Positions 1 to 13,525 of a stretch of DNA of 64,000 nt are shown piece by piece. The stretch is from the NCBI GenBank assembly GCA_017654855.1, contig CM030336.1, forward strand, positions 3,100,001 to 3,164,000. Reading direction: 5' to 3'. Within the stretch, counting starts at the first letter, position 1; every line of letters begins with the position of its first letter. The position numbers were made by a program, and so were the translations under genes. This DNA is from Podospora anserina. Its lineage: Eukaryota. The notes beneath the pieces were generated by a model, which saw only the letters and a program-made list of their open reading frames with translations, was not told the DNA's origin and did no database searches.

Positions 1-170
1 GGACTAAGATCAAACGTTTGCCAGGTGTCAACCCACTTCGGCCATGGCTGCGTGGGTGTTTAGCATTGGTGGCTTTGGGGCACATGTCGGCAGCATTCCA
101 TGTCCAAAGTGTTCCTGCAACCCCTCACCTTCAATCTCCTCCTCCAACCTCCCGTCAGCCAGCCGCAACA

Positions 171-1111
171 ATGGCCGGCTTCCTGGATCTCCCTCTCGAG
201 CTTGTTACAATGATCGTTGAGCAGCTTTGCAAGGACAGCAACTTCGACAACCGGTGCACCCATGCCCTCGCTTCTGTTTGCCTGACATGCAGACTTCTCA
301 ACAACTTTGGCACAAAACACCTATACCACGATCTCAAGTGTATCCAGACTTTTGGTCATTGCTCATCCGGACACTCATCAAACGCCCTGATCTTGCACAA
401 CATGTTCGCTCCGCCTGGGTACAAGTTCAGTTACCTGTGGACTGCCCGCCCGACGTCATAACCTACTTTCAAGAGCGAATTGAAAACGCCCATCCAGGCT
501 GGGAAACAGAGTATATGTTTAAAAAGAGCCCATATCAGTCCGCAGCTGCCATGCTCGCAAGTCTTTGCCCCAATCTGGAAACCCCTAGGGGCCCAGATGC
601 ATCATTGGAGCACGTTCCACTTTTGTCTTCCCAACACCCTGACGAGACTGAGGAGGGTTCAATTCTGGCATTGGAGCTTCAACCGGGGCGAACGGGGACC
701 TGAGCGTCTTCTCCTCCTGATTCAAGCAGCACCCAATATTCAAGAAATGTCCCTCTCCGGGGTGTACGATGACGTGGATGGGGGTCTTGAAGGGCGAGTC
801 CTTGACAAACTTACCCACCCAAAAATAGATTTCTGGCCAACGTGTTTACCATGGCCCCTAAACTCCACACTCTAGAGTACACGCCACATTCGGATAATGC
901 GTGTCACGGAAGAAGACACTTTGGACCGCAGGAATTTCTGGACGTCACACTGAGACATGTCCCAAACCTCAAACACGTGGTCCTTGAAGACGTTGATGAG
1001 AGGGCACGAGCTGCGAAAATCCGGGACGAGAGTTAGTTCGACAACCAGATCAACAATCTGAAGGTTGGAATGGAGAAGCTGGGCATTGACTTGACGTTGA
1101 GTGAGTCTTGA
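171..1111 (+). pseudogene. F-box/LRR-like protein, frameshifted pseudogene
   Basis: ATG at 171 gives an F-box-like start (FLDLPLELVTMIVEQL...LASVCLTCRLLN). Protein-like sequence continues only by switching frame near ~340, ~583 and ~840 (ORFs 227-703, 480-875, 842-1036). There is an in-frame TAG at 1034-1036, then FDNQINNLKVGMEKLGIDLTLSES* ending 1111. Confidence 0.7.
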
Positions 1112-1215
1112 GTCTTGTGTTGGAGATTGGATTGGGGAAAGTCTATTCAGATCTTTGCATGTATTTAGATTAGACGTCTTGGTCAATACACACAGCCGTG
1201 TCTACACCTCTCTTC

Positions 1216-2941
1216 TCACAAACTCTTCCCCGAAGTCCAAGTGACATCCTTAACGTCCCCAACCCAGGCATAACTCGGATTCTCAGTGTAGCAATAGTCG
1301 ACCACGCCCACCGGCTCAGGAATCGTTAGCTCCTCGCCTTCCCCGAGCGGCTCGTCGGTGTACTCCCTATGCTCGACCTTTTCGCAGACAATGTTGCTGT
1401 TGACGGTGGCGGTCGACACTCCCGAGAAGCGGACCCTAAAGCAAACCCAACATAAGCATCATGGTCAAAAAGAAAGAAAAAAAAACTAAAGAAAAAACTA
1501 GAAAAGAAAAACTCACGGATTCTCGGCATCCAACTCCAAACACTCCCACTCAGCCCTCAAACTCAACTCCTTCCTCCCCTCATCCCACCTAAACTGGCAT
1601 TTGTATGGCCACAACGGCCCCTCGGGAACCTGAGCACCACCATCATACCCCATCTCGCACTCCCACCACCCATCCCCGGCAGACTTGCCCTGGTAAACAG
1701 GATTAGGATATCTAAACCCCCTGTTTGTCTGGAGGATAATCTCAAACGATATCGAGCCGTTGTAGGTACTGAAATACGAAAACTGCCATTTGGGACTGTA
1801 GATCGAGGAGAGTGTGCACGAGTCTTGGGTGGCAGGGACGGGGTCCTCGATGGAGTACGGCTGGAGGGTGACGATCGTGCCGAGGGTGCCTGTGAGGGAA
1901 ACGGTCGAGTCGGTCGTGGGGACTGTGCAGAATTTCTTGAGGTGGGTGGGCGAGGAGGGGATAGGCTCTGTAGTGCATAAGAGGGGGAGGGGGAGGGTTC
2001 CAGTGGCGGAGATTTGGAGGCTGTTTTGAAAACATCATTGTTAGCTACCCAAGGTAGGGATAGAAAAGGAGGGGATAAAATGGGGAATTACGGCTTAGCT
2101 GGGTTGTGATCGTCGCAGAACCAAGTCTGGTTTACGGTCACGCTGTAGGTTGCGGGATCGAACTGGACTGCGGTGGAGATGCTGTAGCGGCCGATGGTAA
2201 AGGATTGGAACTCGGTGCCGGCGCAGAAAATGTTAGTTGCTACGGGGCCCTGGGACATGCAGCTTGCCTCGTAGCCGTTGGCGAGGTTGGTGAGGATGAA
2301 GGTTAGACGCTGCTCTTTGACCGAGGTGATCTCGTCGCCGTCTTGGTCGGCCCAGATGACGTGGGAGAGGACCCAGCTGGGGTTTTCGGACTTGGCGAGG
2401 CACCCGGGGGTGTCGTGGCCGGTGGGGCCTTCGTTGTATCTGGGGGTGAGGGCGACGGGTTGGAGGAGGGACCCCTTGACGAGGAGGGGGGAGCTGTCTG
2501 CTTTGCCGTCGGTGAGGGGGACCGAGGCTGTTCCGGCGGCGGTGAACTTTGTTCTGGGATATATCCACGTCAGCCCTCTCATCTGTCGGTCAAACATCAC
2601 CACCACACTCACTCGGGGGTGCGGTCACTGCAAGACCATGTCTGGTTGACCGAAACACTCGCTCTCGTCCCGGAGATCTGGACCGACGCAACCAGGTCCT
2701 CGATCTCTTCCTCCGCCGAGCAATTGCCCCCCTGGCAAGTGTACTCAGCTGTCTGGTTCGTCGCCCTGTTCAAAAGCGAAAACGACGCCCCCCCTTCAGT
2801 AGCAGTAAGGTCCTCGACAAACCAACTCGGAATAGTAAACGATCTCGACGTGCACCCCTGAGCAGAAATCACCGCTTGCGCCGAAGCCAGCGAGACCCCA
2901 AGAGCCGCTGCACCAACAAACCAAAGACGAGCCATCGTCAT
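1216..2941 (-). CDS. Secreted Cys-containing repeat-domain protein (possibly Alt a 1/AA1-like beta-barrel domains), 3 introns
   Basis: Signal peptide MARLWFVGAAALGVSLASA. A repeated module ends VSVNQTWSC / VTVNQTWFC / LRAEWEC. Exons join across GT-AG introns at about 2610-2552, 2090-2030 and 1517-1437. Last exon ends ...WTSGKSL* at 1216. Confidence 0.75.
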
Positions 2942-4053
2942 CACTCCAAGAACAAGACACAATTGACGAGACCACCACAATCCATCATCAGACAAAGAAC
3001 CCGGGATGGATATATACCCTCCCCGACCCCCTATCTTCCCCGCCACGAACGTGAGGAGAACCAACCCCAAAACCCCGCACGACGGCAATTTATCCCACGA
3101 GGTAAAAGGTAGGTACTTACGCATCCAACATTATTATATTTCACAGATAGGACCCCAATCTATTCCTCTTCCCATAGGTGATTGATGAATTGATCAGGCT
3201 ATTTAACTCGCACCCACACCACCACACCTCCTCCGCTCCATCATGTCCACCATTTGATTTCCCTCGTGGCCGCCACACCGTAAAGTCGAGCGGCACACCG
3301 GCACATTCTATATTATCCACGGGCCCCCCTGCCAAGTCCTTCGAGAGCTTCCTTTTGCAAATTGGGCTTAATATCGCGTTCGGATCGATAGCCCGGCATT
3401 GACGGGAGAGTCAGATGGTGTACCTACTTGGGAGAGTGATATCTTTTTCCCGGTCCTGGCCGTTGAGCAGGCAGGCAGACAAGGTGCAGGCGTGCTCAGT
3501 GGAAGTAGGAGTAGATAGAGAGGATGAAATCAATGAATCTGGCTGTACATTTTCCACTTTGTCAGTCACCATTGAGTGACCAAGGGCGCGCCTTGAATCA
3601 CAAGAGTGATGAGACTCACCGGTAACCAGTATCATGCCGCTTGCGGCCACGTAAAATGCAGCCAAACAAAGTGGCAAGATTAGAAGGCAAAAAGTGTGCC
3701 ATCTCCCGAACAGGAGGTGCATTGTATGGGGTTTGGTGTAGTTCTTTCTTTGTGCCCGGGGTTGTGAAGGAAGTTTACGTCTGCGCAGTGATCTTGTTGG
3801 AGTTGAGGAGTCCAGTTCGAAGTGGGTGTCATTTTTTTTTCTTTTGACATTTAAGCCAGTGAAGAAAACTTTACCGGCTGAGGCGTCGCGAGAGTTCCAA
3901 GGCTTGACGGTGGCTCCATGACGGACGGCACCTGACACATTGAGCGTTCAGCATGTGGGAACTTTCAACTGGTTCAAGATGTCAAACCTTGGCCAAAGAG
4001 TAAGAGGGAATGCAATGGTGATTGCTCTACACACCCAGATTCTCAGACACCCT

Positions 4054-6637
4054 TTACTTCCCATATATTTTCCTCGTTCTCTCATCCCACTCCTCATCAT
4101 ACCCAGTGTCAGGGTCCTCCTCCATATCTTCGTCCATCTTATCCACCTCGCCCTCGGACCCCGCCTCATCTGCCTGCTTCTCGGCGTAATGATCAAGAGG
4201 AAGATTCTGAAACTCTTCCATGTCGTAAACAGAGCCTGGCAACTCAACATCTCTTGGGATTGACATGATGCCAAACTTTTGGCACATGCCCCAAGACCCG
4301 CTCGTACCATAGAATCCGACAATCTTGTGATTGGCTGGTGGCTCTGTAGAGGCAGATTGTTAGTTTTCTTTCTCAGCCTCCACGCAGGGGGCAGCCATGA
4401 AGCTTACCAAGAACCTTGACCTCATGCAGCTCCAAATCCGCCGCAAAACTCTGAAGATTCAAGCCACCTCTTGCCTGGCCATTAGACAACCACACTCTCA
4501 GGCCTTTTAACACGTCGTGGTTCTTCAGAGCCTTGGATACGACCACCTTGGTGACTTCAACTCCAGGTGGGATCGCCATTTTCCTCGCCTGATGTCCTCC
4601 CATCTGTGTCGAAGGGGGTAACCTTGGGCCGCATGGCACCTTTGACCCATCCTCGTAATAGACATAGGCACCGTCCAACTCGCATCCGACCCTGACATCA
4701 ATCATGGTGGCGTTCACAATCGTCCCATACCACTTGGTGCCTTTCCTCTTGCTCCGCCTCTTCAGCAAAACAGTCCACTTCCAATCATGATTCATGCCCC
4801 ACTGTCCTTTCGAACGTTCCTCCTCCTCGGCGTTCGACCCAACGGCCGTTTTCGTGAAGCGAAGGTCGGTCCCGGGAATACCAGCATCGATGTACTCAGC
4901 CGCTCGCAACCTCATCAAAGTCGAGATGTCATGCAACGTAGACTTTTCCCCATTCATACCCAGCGCCTCGATCCGATCCAACCCGCCGGTCGCCATCCTT
5001 TCCTCTTCGCTGACATGAGGGCCCAACCGCTCCGTCAACTCTCGCAGTGAGAATCTCACACTCTTGAGCGGCTCGCCAGGGTAGGTGAGACCATCGCTGA
5101 TAGACATGTTCTTGCTGCAAACCCAAACACTGGCAAGCCCAGCATCGCACTTGATCTCAACATTTTGAGCAGCGCGGCCGTCCACAGTGTCCTCCACCAA
5201 AGGACAAATCTCAGGTGCGCCCTCTGGCAAGGTCACATAGCCCGGTAACTGAAACTCGGGCGCGCTATTGCGCAGAACAAGCGCGTCCTTGAGTTCAATC
5301 CGGTAGTATCCAGTCTGCGAGACGTCTGATCGGACCGGCTTCGGCTCCTTTTCTTCCTCCTCACCCGCACAGCGCAACGCGCGCGAGAGAAAATGCTCTG
5401 GCCATTGAAAGTAACCCCACCAAGAATGTTTGAATGCCCACCCCAAGTCATGGCTGGTGATGAAATGAGGCTTGGTCGCCGAAGGGTTAAACGCCCGGAC
5501 GATCTCCTTGTAAAACCGTCCCTGGCTCACGGAGCAAGCTTCCCACATACATATAGGCCGCTCACAACGTTCCCTGCTGACTGCGTCCCCGACAGGTGTC
5601 GGGTCAAGGAGGCAGTCTGGAATCTCATCTATGAACCGGGGCCACGAGTAGGTCGACTGACTCCCTGACATGGCCAGCGAGAGGCCTTCTGATTTGTGGA
5701 TGGAGAAAAGTGCGTCTGGGAGAGTCCTTCCCAGCTTCTCATCAAAGTGCGCGTCCAGAAGCAGGGCCGCGATGACCGGTTTGTTGTTTGGGTGGAGAGG
5801 ACCGCCCGAGTTCTTGACCGCTTTGGACATGATTCGGTACAAATCCTTGTGTCGCTGCTCCTGGCCTGCCTTTGATTTTGCCGCTTCCATCTCAGTCTCA
5901 ACGTCGCGTAACTGGGAGATCGTCTTCTCGGTGCGGATGACGTGGATTCGGGGAACGGAACCCATGACCTGCTGCTTTCCAAAAGACTGCTGCTGGGCGT
6001 GCCTGCTGAGGGTGTCAGGGGAATATTCCTCTTCGATTCGAAACGACTGGCGAGGCAGCCCGTCCCAGTAAATGCTGTCGGCGGCCAAGGCTTGCCACAT
6101 GTAAGCAGCCACACGTAGCTTGGAAATGGCGGCATCGAGACTCGAGTGAGTGCTGGAAATGTCGCCAAACTTGGCTGGTGGGCAGTCGATAAGGAGGGGT
6201 GAATCCTTTGCTACCAGGATGGCGAGATGAAGAGGCGGTACTTGGAGGAGGGGGGTGTACCGAAGGGATAGCTAGCTGCTGTGTCAGTGCCAAAACTCAT
6301 GAGAAACACCAACAATTCAAGATGAACATACCTCAACCGCGTTGGCGGCATCATTCCCCGATGTCACAGTGATCTTGTTCAGGCCAGGGGAAAGCATAAC
6401 CAAGGCCTTGAACTGTCCCAGCGACAGCGGCCAGCGCTGGTCAGGGAAGCCGGTGTTGCCATGCTCATCTTCCACATGAACCAAGACAAAACTGCTTGGC
6501 TTGGGTTCGACAACAACAAAGTCCCCGCCCGTCCCAGAGGTCGACTCAGTGGAGGCCACACATTTGCCGGAAAGCAGAAAGCATCGCTGGTGAACCTCCT
6601 CCACCTCGTCAATCTCGGCGTTTTCGATCTCAATCAT
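4054..6637 (-). CDS. Zinc-metallopeptidase-like protein (yeast YIL108W/Metallopep-type) with C-terminal jacalin-like lectin domain; zinc motif degenerate
   Basis: Family-typical motifs FKALVMLSPGLNKI, PPLHLAILVAKDSPLLIDCPP, AAYMWQA, YSWPRFIDEI and WEACSV. C-terminal IDVRVGCELDGAYVYYEDG...GGH...GLRVWLSNG...IVGFYG is jacalin-like. Introns near 6330-6277 and 4408-4348; acidic tail. Confidence 0.8.
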
Positions 6638-8270
6638 GGTGACAAGATCACATACAGGCTGTAGGTAAAGAGGACAATAAAGACGGAGATTTGACAGAGA
6701 CAAGACGCTGGAGAACACCAAGTTTAATAGTTAACAAAATGTCGGTGACGCGCTCCAGTTTTCATGGTGGTGGTGTTGTTCCAGGCAGAAGATGGAGCCC
6801 TGGGGTGATGCCCCACAGATGCCTGGACACAAGAACCAGGCCCCTGCCTAGCGCACCGATGGTAGGGCGCTGTGGGGCCTCGGCCCTGTCAAAGATGGAG
6901 TGGCGCCTGGGGTGCACCAACGTCGACATGCATCGGCAGGCAGATGGGTGAATGAAAATTGCGATCTGTTTTTGATGCCAGTCCCGGTATATGGTGAGAA
7001 TCTTCCTCACGTCCCAGACAAATGCCCAAGAGCGCAATGAAAAAAAAAAAACCAGAAGCCGGTCAGACTTCCATCAAACACCCAGCCCATCCAAGCGCCC
7101 AAAGGCAAGTCCTCGAGAGACGGCGTATAGATCGATCATCGCCACTTTCTGTTCCAAATCCCAGCACGAGTGCCAGGCAGAAAAATAGCGAAAGTAAAAG
7201 GGCCTCATTGTGTAGGTGTCGAGGATATCGTTCATCAACCCGGGTGGGATCTGTGGCTCCTTTGGGGAATACAAAAGAGGACGACTACTATAGAAATGAT
7301 TCTCTGAAGTATTGTCGACATGAGCAAAAAAAAAACCAAAAGAAAAAAAAGATTGGAATTCTGGCAGAGAAGTCGCGAATATATACTGGGCAGTGGTGGC
7401 CAGTGCGCCGCTGCATTCACTCGCACGGGTCAGGTGAAGTTTTGGGGGGCAATCAACCGGGAGAGCAACCAGCAGAGCAACGAAGCAGGCCGGTCCTGGT
7501 GATGATGGGAGCTCCAAGTGGGCCAAGATGTTAGCTGGAGATCAAGCTTCCCGAGCCATCAAGCCTTGTGGTGGTAGGCAGTGAATACGGTGGAGGATCA
7601 ACATGGGAATTGGACGTCTTGCTGAGGTATCATCCGAAGAGTTGGGACAACAACGGCGGAGACTGTCTCAAGCACCACCACGTGGAATCAAGCCCCAGAC
7701 GGGAGTGACGCAACCTGGAACCACGTCAGTGTGGACCAATGGCTGAAGCACAGGAGAGGTCAGTGAAAAGGACAAAGACGTTGCACAATACTAGCATCAG
7801 GGGCACCACCAGGCCAAATGACAGAGGCACAAAGAACGGTCCAAATGAGCTGGCGTTAAGCAAGCAACGGGAGCAGTACCCCCGAGCTACCCGAGTCCCT
7901 CACTCAAATAAGCTTCAACCAAGGTGTCTTCCATCTAGCGGCCGACATGAACCAGACACGGACGGCAATTTATAGTTTGCGCCTGCTCCCCTTTCTCTTG
8001 GACCGCAACGGCCATAAGCGCAACGTGGGTGACGTAGGAATAAGTTCCCAGCCATTGCAACGTACCACAGCTTCTCTTCTCTGTTTCCAGTCTTACCAGC
8101 CATCCTCGACAGCTTCAGCACCCTCTCAAGAACCAGTGCTGTCGTCGTGTGACAAGACCATCACCAACGACTCGTCGTCAACACACCCCCGCCGCCGCCG
8201 TCGCCGCCGCCGCCTCACCCACGCTGCAACCATTCTACCACCACATCGATAACCCCTTGCGCCCGGGGCT

Positions 8271-9588
8271 ATGGGGCCCGACGAGATCGAGATGGTACCG
8301 CCCAAGACGCCACGCGGTTTGCCCCCCTCAGAAACAGATTACCAGCCCGTCAACTGGAAGAGGCTCTTTTTGCGCCCAAAGTACCTGGCCATGTGGGTGG
8401 TCTTGGTGATTATTATCATTCTGACCGCCATCATTACCATCTACCACGACAAGGTTGTTGAGGTGGGTGATATTCGACACTTTGACAATGTATGTGGTGG
8501 CAAGCAAGAGATACTGACTGCGCATCCTCTCCAGCATCTTCGGCCCTTTGCCGAGCAAGTGCGCCATCTACCCGGCGGGTGGCTAATACCAATCGTCATC
8601 CTCATCGTGATATCGTTTCCACCTCTATTTGGCCACGAAATCATTGCATTACTGTGCGGAGTAGTATACGGATTATGGATTGGCTTCGGCATCGTGGCGG
8701 CAGGCACCTTTTTGGGAGAAGGTAGGTGGCATTCGTGCCGTGGCTGGTGATGGCAGTGTCAAGATGCTGACAGGCCCAAACACAGTTGGTACTTGGTTCG
8801 CCTTCAAGTATCTATTTCGACAAAAGTCGGAGAAGCTCGAAAGGACAAGCTTGAGCTACGGCGCCCTGGCGCGCATCACTCGTGATGGGGGTTTCTGGGT
8901 ATACCGCTTCCTGTCTTGAGACTAGAATTATCAGGCGACTAACATGTGGACGGTATAGATTGTCCTGATTATTCGCTTCTCGGCGATACCTACCCACTTT
9001 TCCACCGCCGTCTTTTCCACGTGCGGCGTGAACTTCTGGATCTTTGCCATTGCGACGTTCCTTACGCTTCCGAAACAGATCTTTCTCGTCTATCTCGGTG
9101 TCCTCCTACTCCAAGACAAGCCGGACGACGCGCCCAAGAACATTGTGTTTGGTATCGCGTTTGTGTTGACCATTGTCATGGCAGGCTACATCGGTTTCAA
9201 GATGCGGTTTGTTAAGAAGATCTTGATCGAGGAACAAGAGGAGAGGAGAAAGGCTTTAGCAATGCCGACGATGGATGACACGGTCAATACCGGGGATGGG
9301 GTCTTGGACACAGAAAGAAGCGAGGTTCGTGATCCGTGGACGGTGGAGGCGCAACACAAGTTTCTAAACAGGTCGAGTCAGTATGAGGCCCTTTCCCAGA
9401 ACGACTTTAGCATCGCGATGCCAGGTCCTGCCGCCGGAAACCACACGCCGCTTGGTGAACCCTCCAAGGGACCGTCCACTGCGCCATCCGGGTGGACGAC
9501 AGAGGCTGTCAACACACCCGATAGTCCAGGAACGCCGCCAAACGAGTACTTCGGGCAGCAACCGGCAAAAGGGTTTCAGTGGGTGTGA
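8271..9588 (+). CDS. TVP38: TVP38/TMEM64-family (SNARE-associated Golgi, DedA/VTT) membrane protein
   Basis: ISFPPLFGHEIIALLCGVVYGLWIGFGIVAAGTFLGE, IIRFSAIPTHFSTAVFSTCG and LTLPKQIFLVYLG are typical of fungal Tvp38-like proteins. Several GT-AG introns. Confidence 0.85.
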
Positions 9589-10117
9589 GGGATGGTGTTG
9601 CATCAACATGCGCCATGTTACCTTGAGTTTGGATATGGAGGTTGGAGTGAAACAAAGGGCAAACAGTAGTGCATGGGCGTCAGGTGATGTTTTTCTGGCG
9701 GCGATGATATGTTGAATTGCTGAGGGGCAGGGGCCACGTATTTCCAGCGCTGCCAAGTGGACTTGGCCAGAGGGCAGAGTTTTGAGCTCTTCTCAACAGG
9801 GCTTCGTTTATCGAACCTATGGTTCCAATGACACTCGAGATTGGGATCTATTGCAGATATAGATATGCAAGTACATTACCGACATCCTGGCCTGCGTTGA
9901 CTGGGCTGTGCAAAGCCAAGACTGTTTGTTGGTGCTTTTTGGTGATGGCATCATCAAAAGAGGCCTTCTTAGGTCTTCCAATAAATTTTTGACTTCATCG
10001 AAGTCAGAGGGTTCACGATGGTGTAAAACGGAAGGGAAGCAGAACAACTGAGGATCCGCCATCAACCGTTCAACATCACCACACCTCTATACGATATATC
10101 AACACTCCAATCAACAA

Positions 10118-10530
10118 ATGAAGCTTCTCGCCTTCCTCGCCTTGACGGCGTTGATGTTGCCGCTCTGTGCACCAGCTCCTCGAATATCAACAGAGAGATG
10201 GAGGAGGCTATTGCGAGGGAAACTGGCCAGGTTAGGTTGCTGTATGAGCAGTTTAGCTCTTCGAAGAGCGCGTGGAGGGCTGTTCTGGAGCCGCAGGCGG
10301 TTCGGTTGGCGGGTAGGTGTGAGGGGGTAAATAATGAGGTTGGTGGGGTTGGTGGCTGGTGAGGTTGGGGAGTGTATTAGTGCTTTGGGGGTGAGGTTTG
10401 CGGAGGTGACTACGGCGATGGGGGTGAGCACTACGGCGACGAGTGTCGCGGGTGGGGTCGTTGACACGGGGTGTTTGATGGGGGTTGTGGGGGGGTTGTT
10501 GGGGTGGTGGGGGCGGTGGTTGGGCTTTGA
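10118..10530 (+). pseudogene. Frameshifted, internally deleted copy of the GPI-anchored secreted family at 15485-17186
   Basis: Signal peptide MKLLAFLALTALML. In other frames: LYEQFSSSKSAWRAVLEPQAVRLAGRC, LVAGEVGECISAL and TSVAGGVVDTGCLMGVVGG..GVVGAVVGL*. These match the order and pattern of segments in the two intact paralogues. Confidence 0.6.
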
Positions 10531-10666
10531 GGATAGGAGGACGAAAGTGGAAGAGGTTGCTGGTCGATGGGGGCTATGTTTCATCATTATTACGCTTATT
10601 TGTACAGAAAAGAGTGTCATCTGGTTGCTGTTTCCGAGCATGTATTCCGTCTAGTAAGACCAAAAC

Positions 10667-12833
10667 CTAAAACGGCCGCTCCGAAGGTCTCCCAACAGGT
10701 GTGTCAGGCGACACCGGTTCTATCATGCTCACCCTCCCAGGCCTCCAGTTGGGTCCGACAGTAGACGTTAGTGGTGAAGGGGTTCTATCTCTTCCTTCAT
10801 CGACCGACGGCAAAGACCCAACCGTTGAAGGTGCCCGATGCTGCTCCTGCTGCGGTTCCATCGCTTTACTCCCGCTGTCCGCCCCAGCCTTGACACCAGG
10901 AAGCTCAAACACACCCGGCGGGTCCTCCGCCACAGCCGGCAGCGGCTTCTGCACCTCCCTCCCGTCAAGCTCCGTGTTAGGCTTGACCGCCGTACCATCC
11001 CCATCCAACTCCACAGTGCCACCCGACGTCCCAGTCTCATTGGGGGACACCCCCGTCACCATGCCCGGACTCGGCCCCGACCCTGAATGCGAGTGGCCCA
11101 TCGTCGTAGGCGTTGACCTCGCGCCGGACACGTCCGCTGCTGAAAAGGGCACCGAGCTGGACCCGTTCTGCATCGTCGACTCTGACGCGTGCCTGAAGGA
11201 GGGCGAGTTGAAGACGGGTCCCTTGAGGACTGACTCATCTGGCTCGGGCTCCTTGGCTGCGTAGGTTGATCCGATCCATTTTCTGCGTTTGCGGAGGAAG
11301 CAAAGCGCTATGCCGCCTGCGATGAGGCCAACGCCGAGGACGGCGCCAACGACGATGCCGGCTATGGCGCCGGTGCTGAGGTTGGAGCTGCCTGAGGAGG
11401 AGTTGCTGGATGGGTCGAGGTCGGCGTTTGGGTCGTCGGGGGAGGTAATGGGGATGATGGTTTCTTGGGCGCCTTGGTTCCAGATGCAGGAGGAGATGTT
11501 GAAGGTTTTGCGTTCGTAGTCTACGGAGAGGTAGCTGAGGAATGTTAGTCTTGATCTTTTTTGAGGTGAGAAGCTGGGGGACATACGCTTCTTGTAGGAA
11601 TGTTCGGCCGAGTGTGTACTGCGAGGAGCTGTTGGCTCGTCGCAAGGGGAAGTAGTGGCTGGTGTTCGCTACCAGAGGAGCCTCGGCTGTCAGGTCAAAC
11701 GCGGCATAGGGGAGGACAATGGTTACGGTGTCTCCGCCCGACCTGACATCAGAAAGTCTGAAAGAGACTTGTGCGTCCGAGTCGAGGAGTCTGTTTCTGT
11801 GTGTGTCGTTCACAAGATACAAACCTGATTCCTCATCGAGTTGCAGTCCAAACGCTTCCTCAAACGCTTCACAAGCTTCTTCTGGCAGCCAGATGTTGGG
11901 GTCTGTCGAGTCGATGAACATTTCGATGGGTTCGTTAAGGAGGGTGGCAGAGTTGGATCCGCTGTAGCTGATGGACTGGACCACAACCACCAGGTCTCGG
12001 GTGATGTCTTCTGCCAAAGAAAACGACACCGAATTCTCCCTGAATCGAGACGTGTCATATCCGGAGAACACTAATTGACCGTAGACCTGTTTCAGCCGGT
12101 ATTTCGCCCCGGCTGTGTAGCTGTAGCTGAGACTTGGAATTTTCTTTTGGTCTTTCAGGGTCGTCAAGAAGGATGGCGATGAGGTGTTGGCCAAGGAAGT
12201 GAAATTCATGGGCTGATTGCTGAGACCAAAGATGCCCCTGAAAGAGAACAATGTTAGCTTTCACATCATTTCCTTCAAGAGGACGGATCACATACAGATA
12301 GAACGGCTCTGGAGCAGCTATCATGCCCACTGTCTGGTCGTCAAACTCGGGCCCGTTGAGCCCCAGTCCCAACTTTTCCAGCCCAAACTGAACTCCCACA
12401 TCGTACCCAAGATGCGCCCCAAGTCCAACGCCGTCATCGTTGATCCCGTATTGGCCTATGTCTTGCCAGGTCGAGGACTCGTTGGGGTCAAACAAGTTGC
12501 CTCTTGAAACGGCGCAGTCGGGAGGTATGGTGCCAAATGCCTCTCGTGAGCAGGCAAGTTCTGTTAGTGGCACTAGTGTATGGGGTGATGCTGTTGAAGG
12601 GAGCACCCTGATGAACTGCTCCGGTGTGCCGACCCGGATGTCGAATGTGCTCCATGGGCCATCGTTACCTTCGCTGGTTTTGTGTCAGCAGTGATAATTT
12701 TGGCAAGACGTTGCGAGACTGGAACGTACAAGTACTGACTACCAGGAATTACAAGAGGGCCTGGCTTGTCGTTTTGCGCAGCTGTCTTGGCAACCAAGAA
12801 GGCACCTGCAAATAGGCCTTTTGAGGGGTGCAT
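10667..12833 (-). CDS. Membrane-anchored aspartic-peptidase-like (A1 fold) protein, non-canonical catalytic motifs
   Basis: Signal peptide; GNDGPWSTFDIRVGTPEQFIRVLPSTAS; SLSYSYTAGAKYR; LVFSGYDTSRF; FIDSTDPNIWLP; YTLGRTFLQEAY. A TM helix (GAIAGIVVGAVLG...) is followed by RKRRK and a cytoplasmic tail. 3 introns. Confidence 0.85.
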
Positions 12834-13525
12834 TTTGAAATTATATGAACACAGAATAGCGTACTAAAGTTCGTTCATTTTCCCTTTGTAAAGGGCCACG
12901 GTCAAGTTGTCATGTCTGTGAGGGTAGCAAACAACAACATCTCGCCGAAATTCTCGTGGGCTCACTACTTTTTTGCCTTCTACCCTTGATGATCGCTGAC
13001 GACTTCTTTTGATGAACCCAGACATTCGCAACACCGGGATGCCACCCCATGACGTGAGAACCGGGCGAGTGTTGTCAGGGGCGTGGCCCCAAGTCAGAGA
13101 CGTCACCCCGCAGCGGACCCCCTGTCCGTCTATCGTCAATGCAACCCTCCACACCCAATCAACAAAACCGACGAGCCAACCACTTGCCTCTTCCAGAAGC
13201 TCCACTGCCTTGGCTTCCACTTGTCAAGCCAGGTCCCCGCAGCATGTCCAGGTTCCTGGCAGACCTGCAGGTGCATCGATGCCGGATTGGGCCTGACAGC
13301 GCTCAAAACAAGATGTCGAGAATTCGGGAACCGGATGGCCAGGACGTGGCAGGCGTGGCAGACGGTGGCAGGGCTATGGTACCCTGCATGGGATTTGACC
13401 TTTGGAATAAATGACTGACCCATCTCCTGTTTTTCCGTGGTTCTGCCAGAGCTCTTCAAGTGCTTCGACATTCGTTGCCTTTCGCTCGTTCAACCAACGT
13501 CAACGTTGTTGGTCAAGGGTCAACC

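Noticed and set aside
6700-8250. ORFs of 65-170 aa between the divergent metallopeptidase-like and TVP38 genes
   Set aside because: They run through poly-A tracts, lack coding character and are most likely promoter/UTR sequence.
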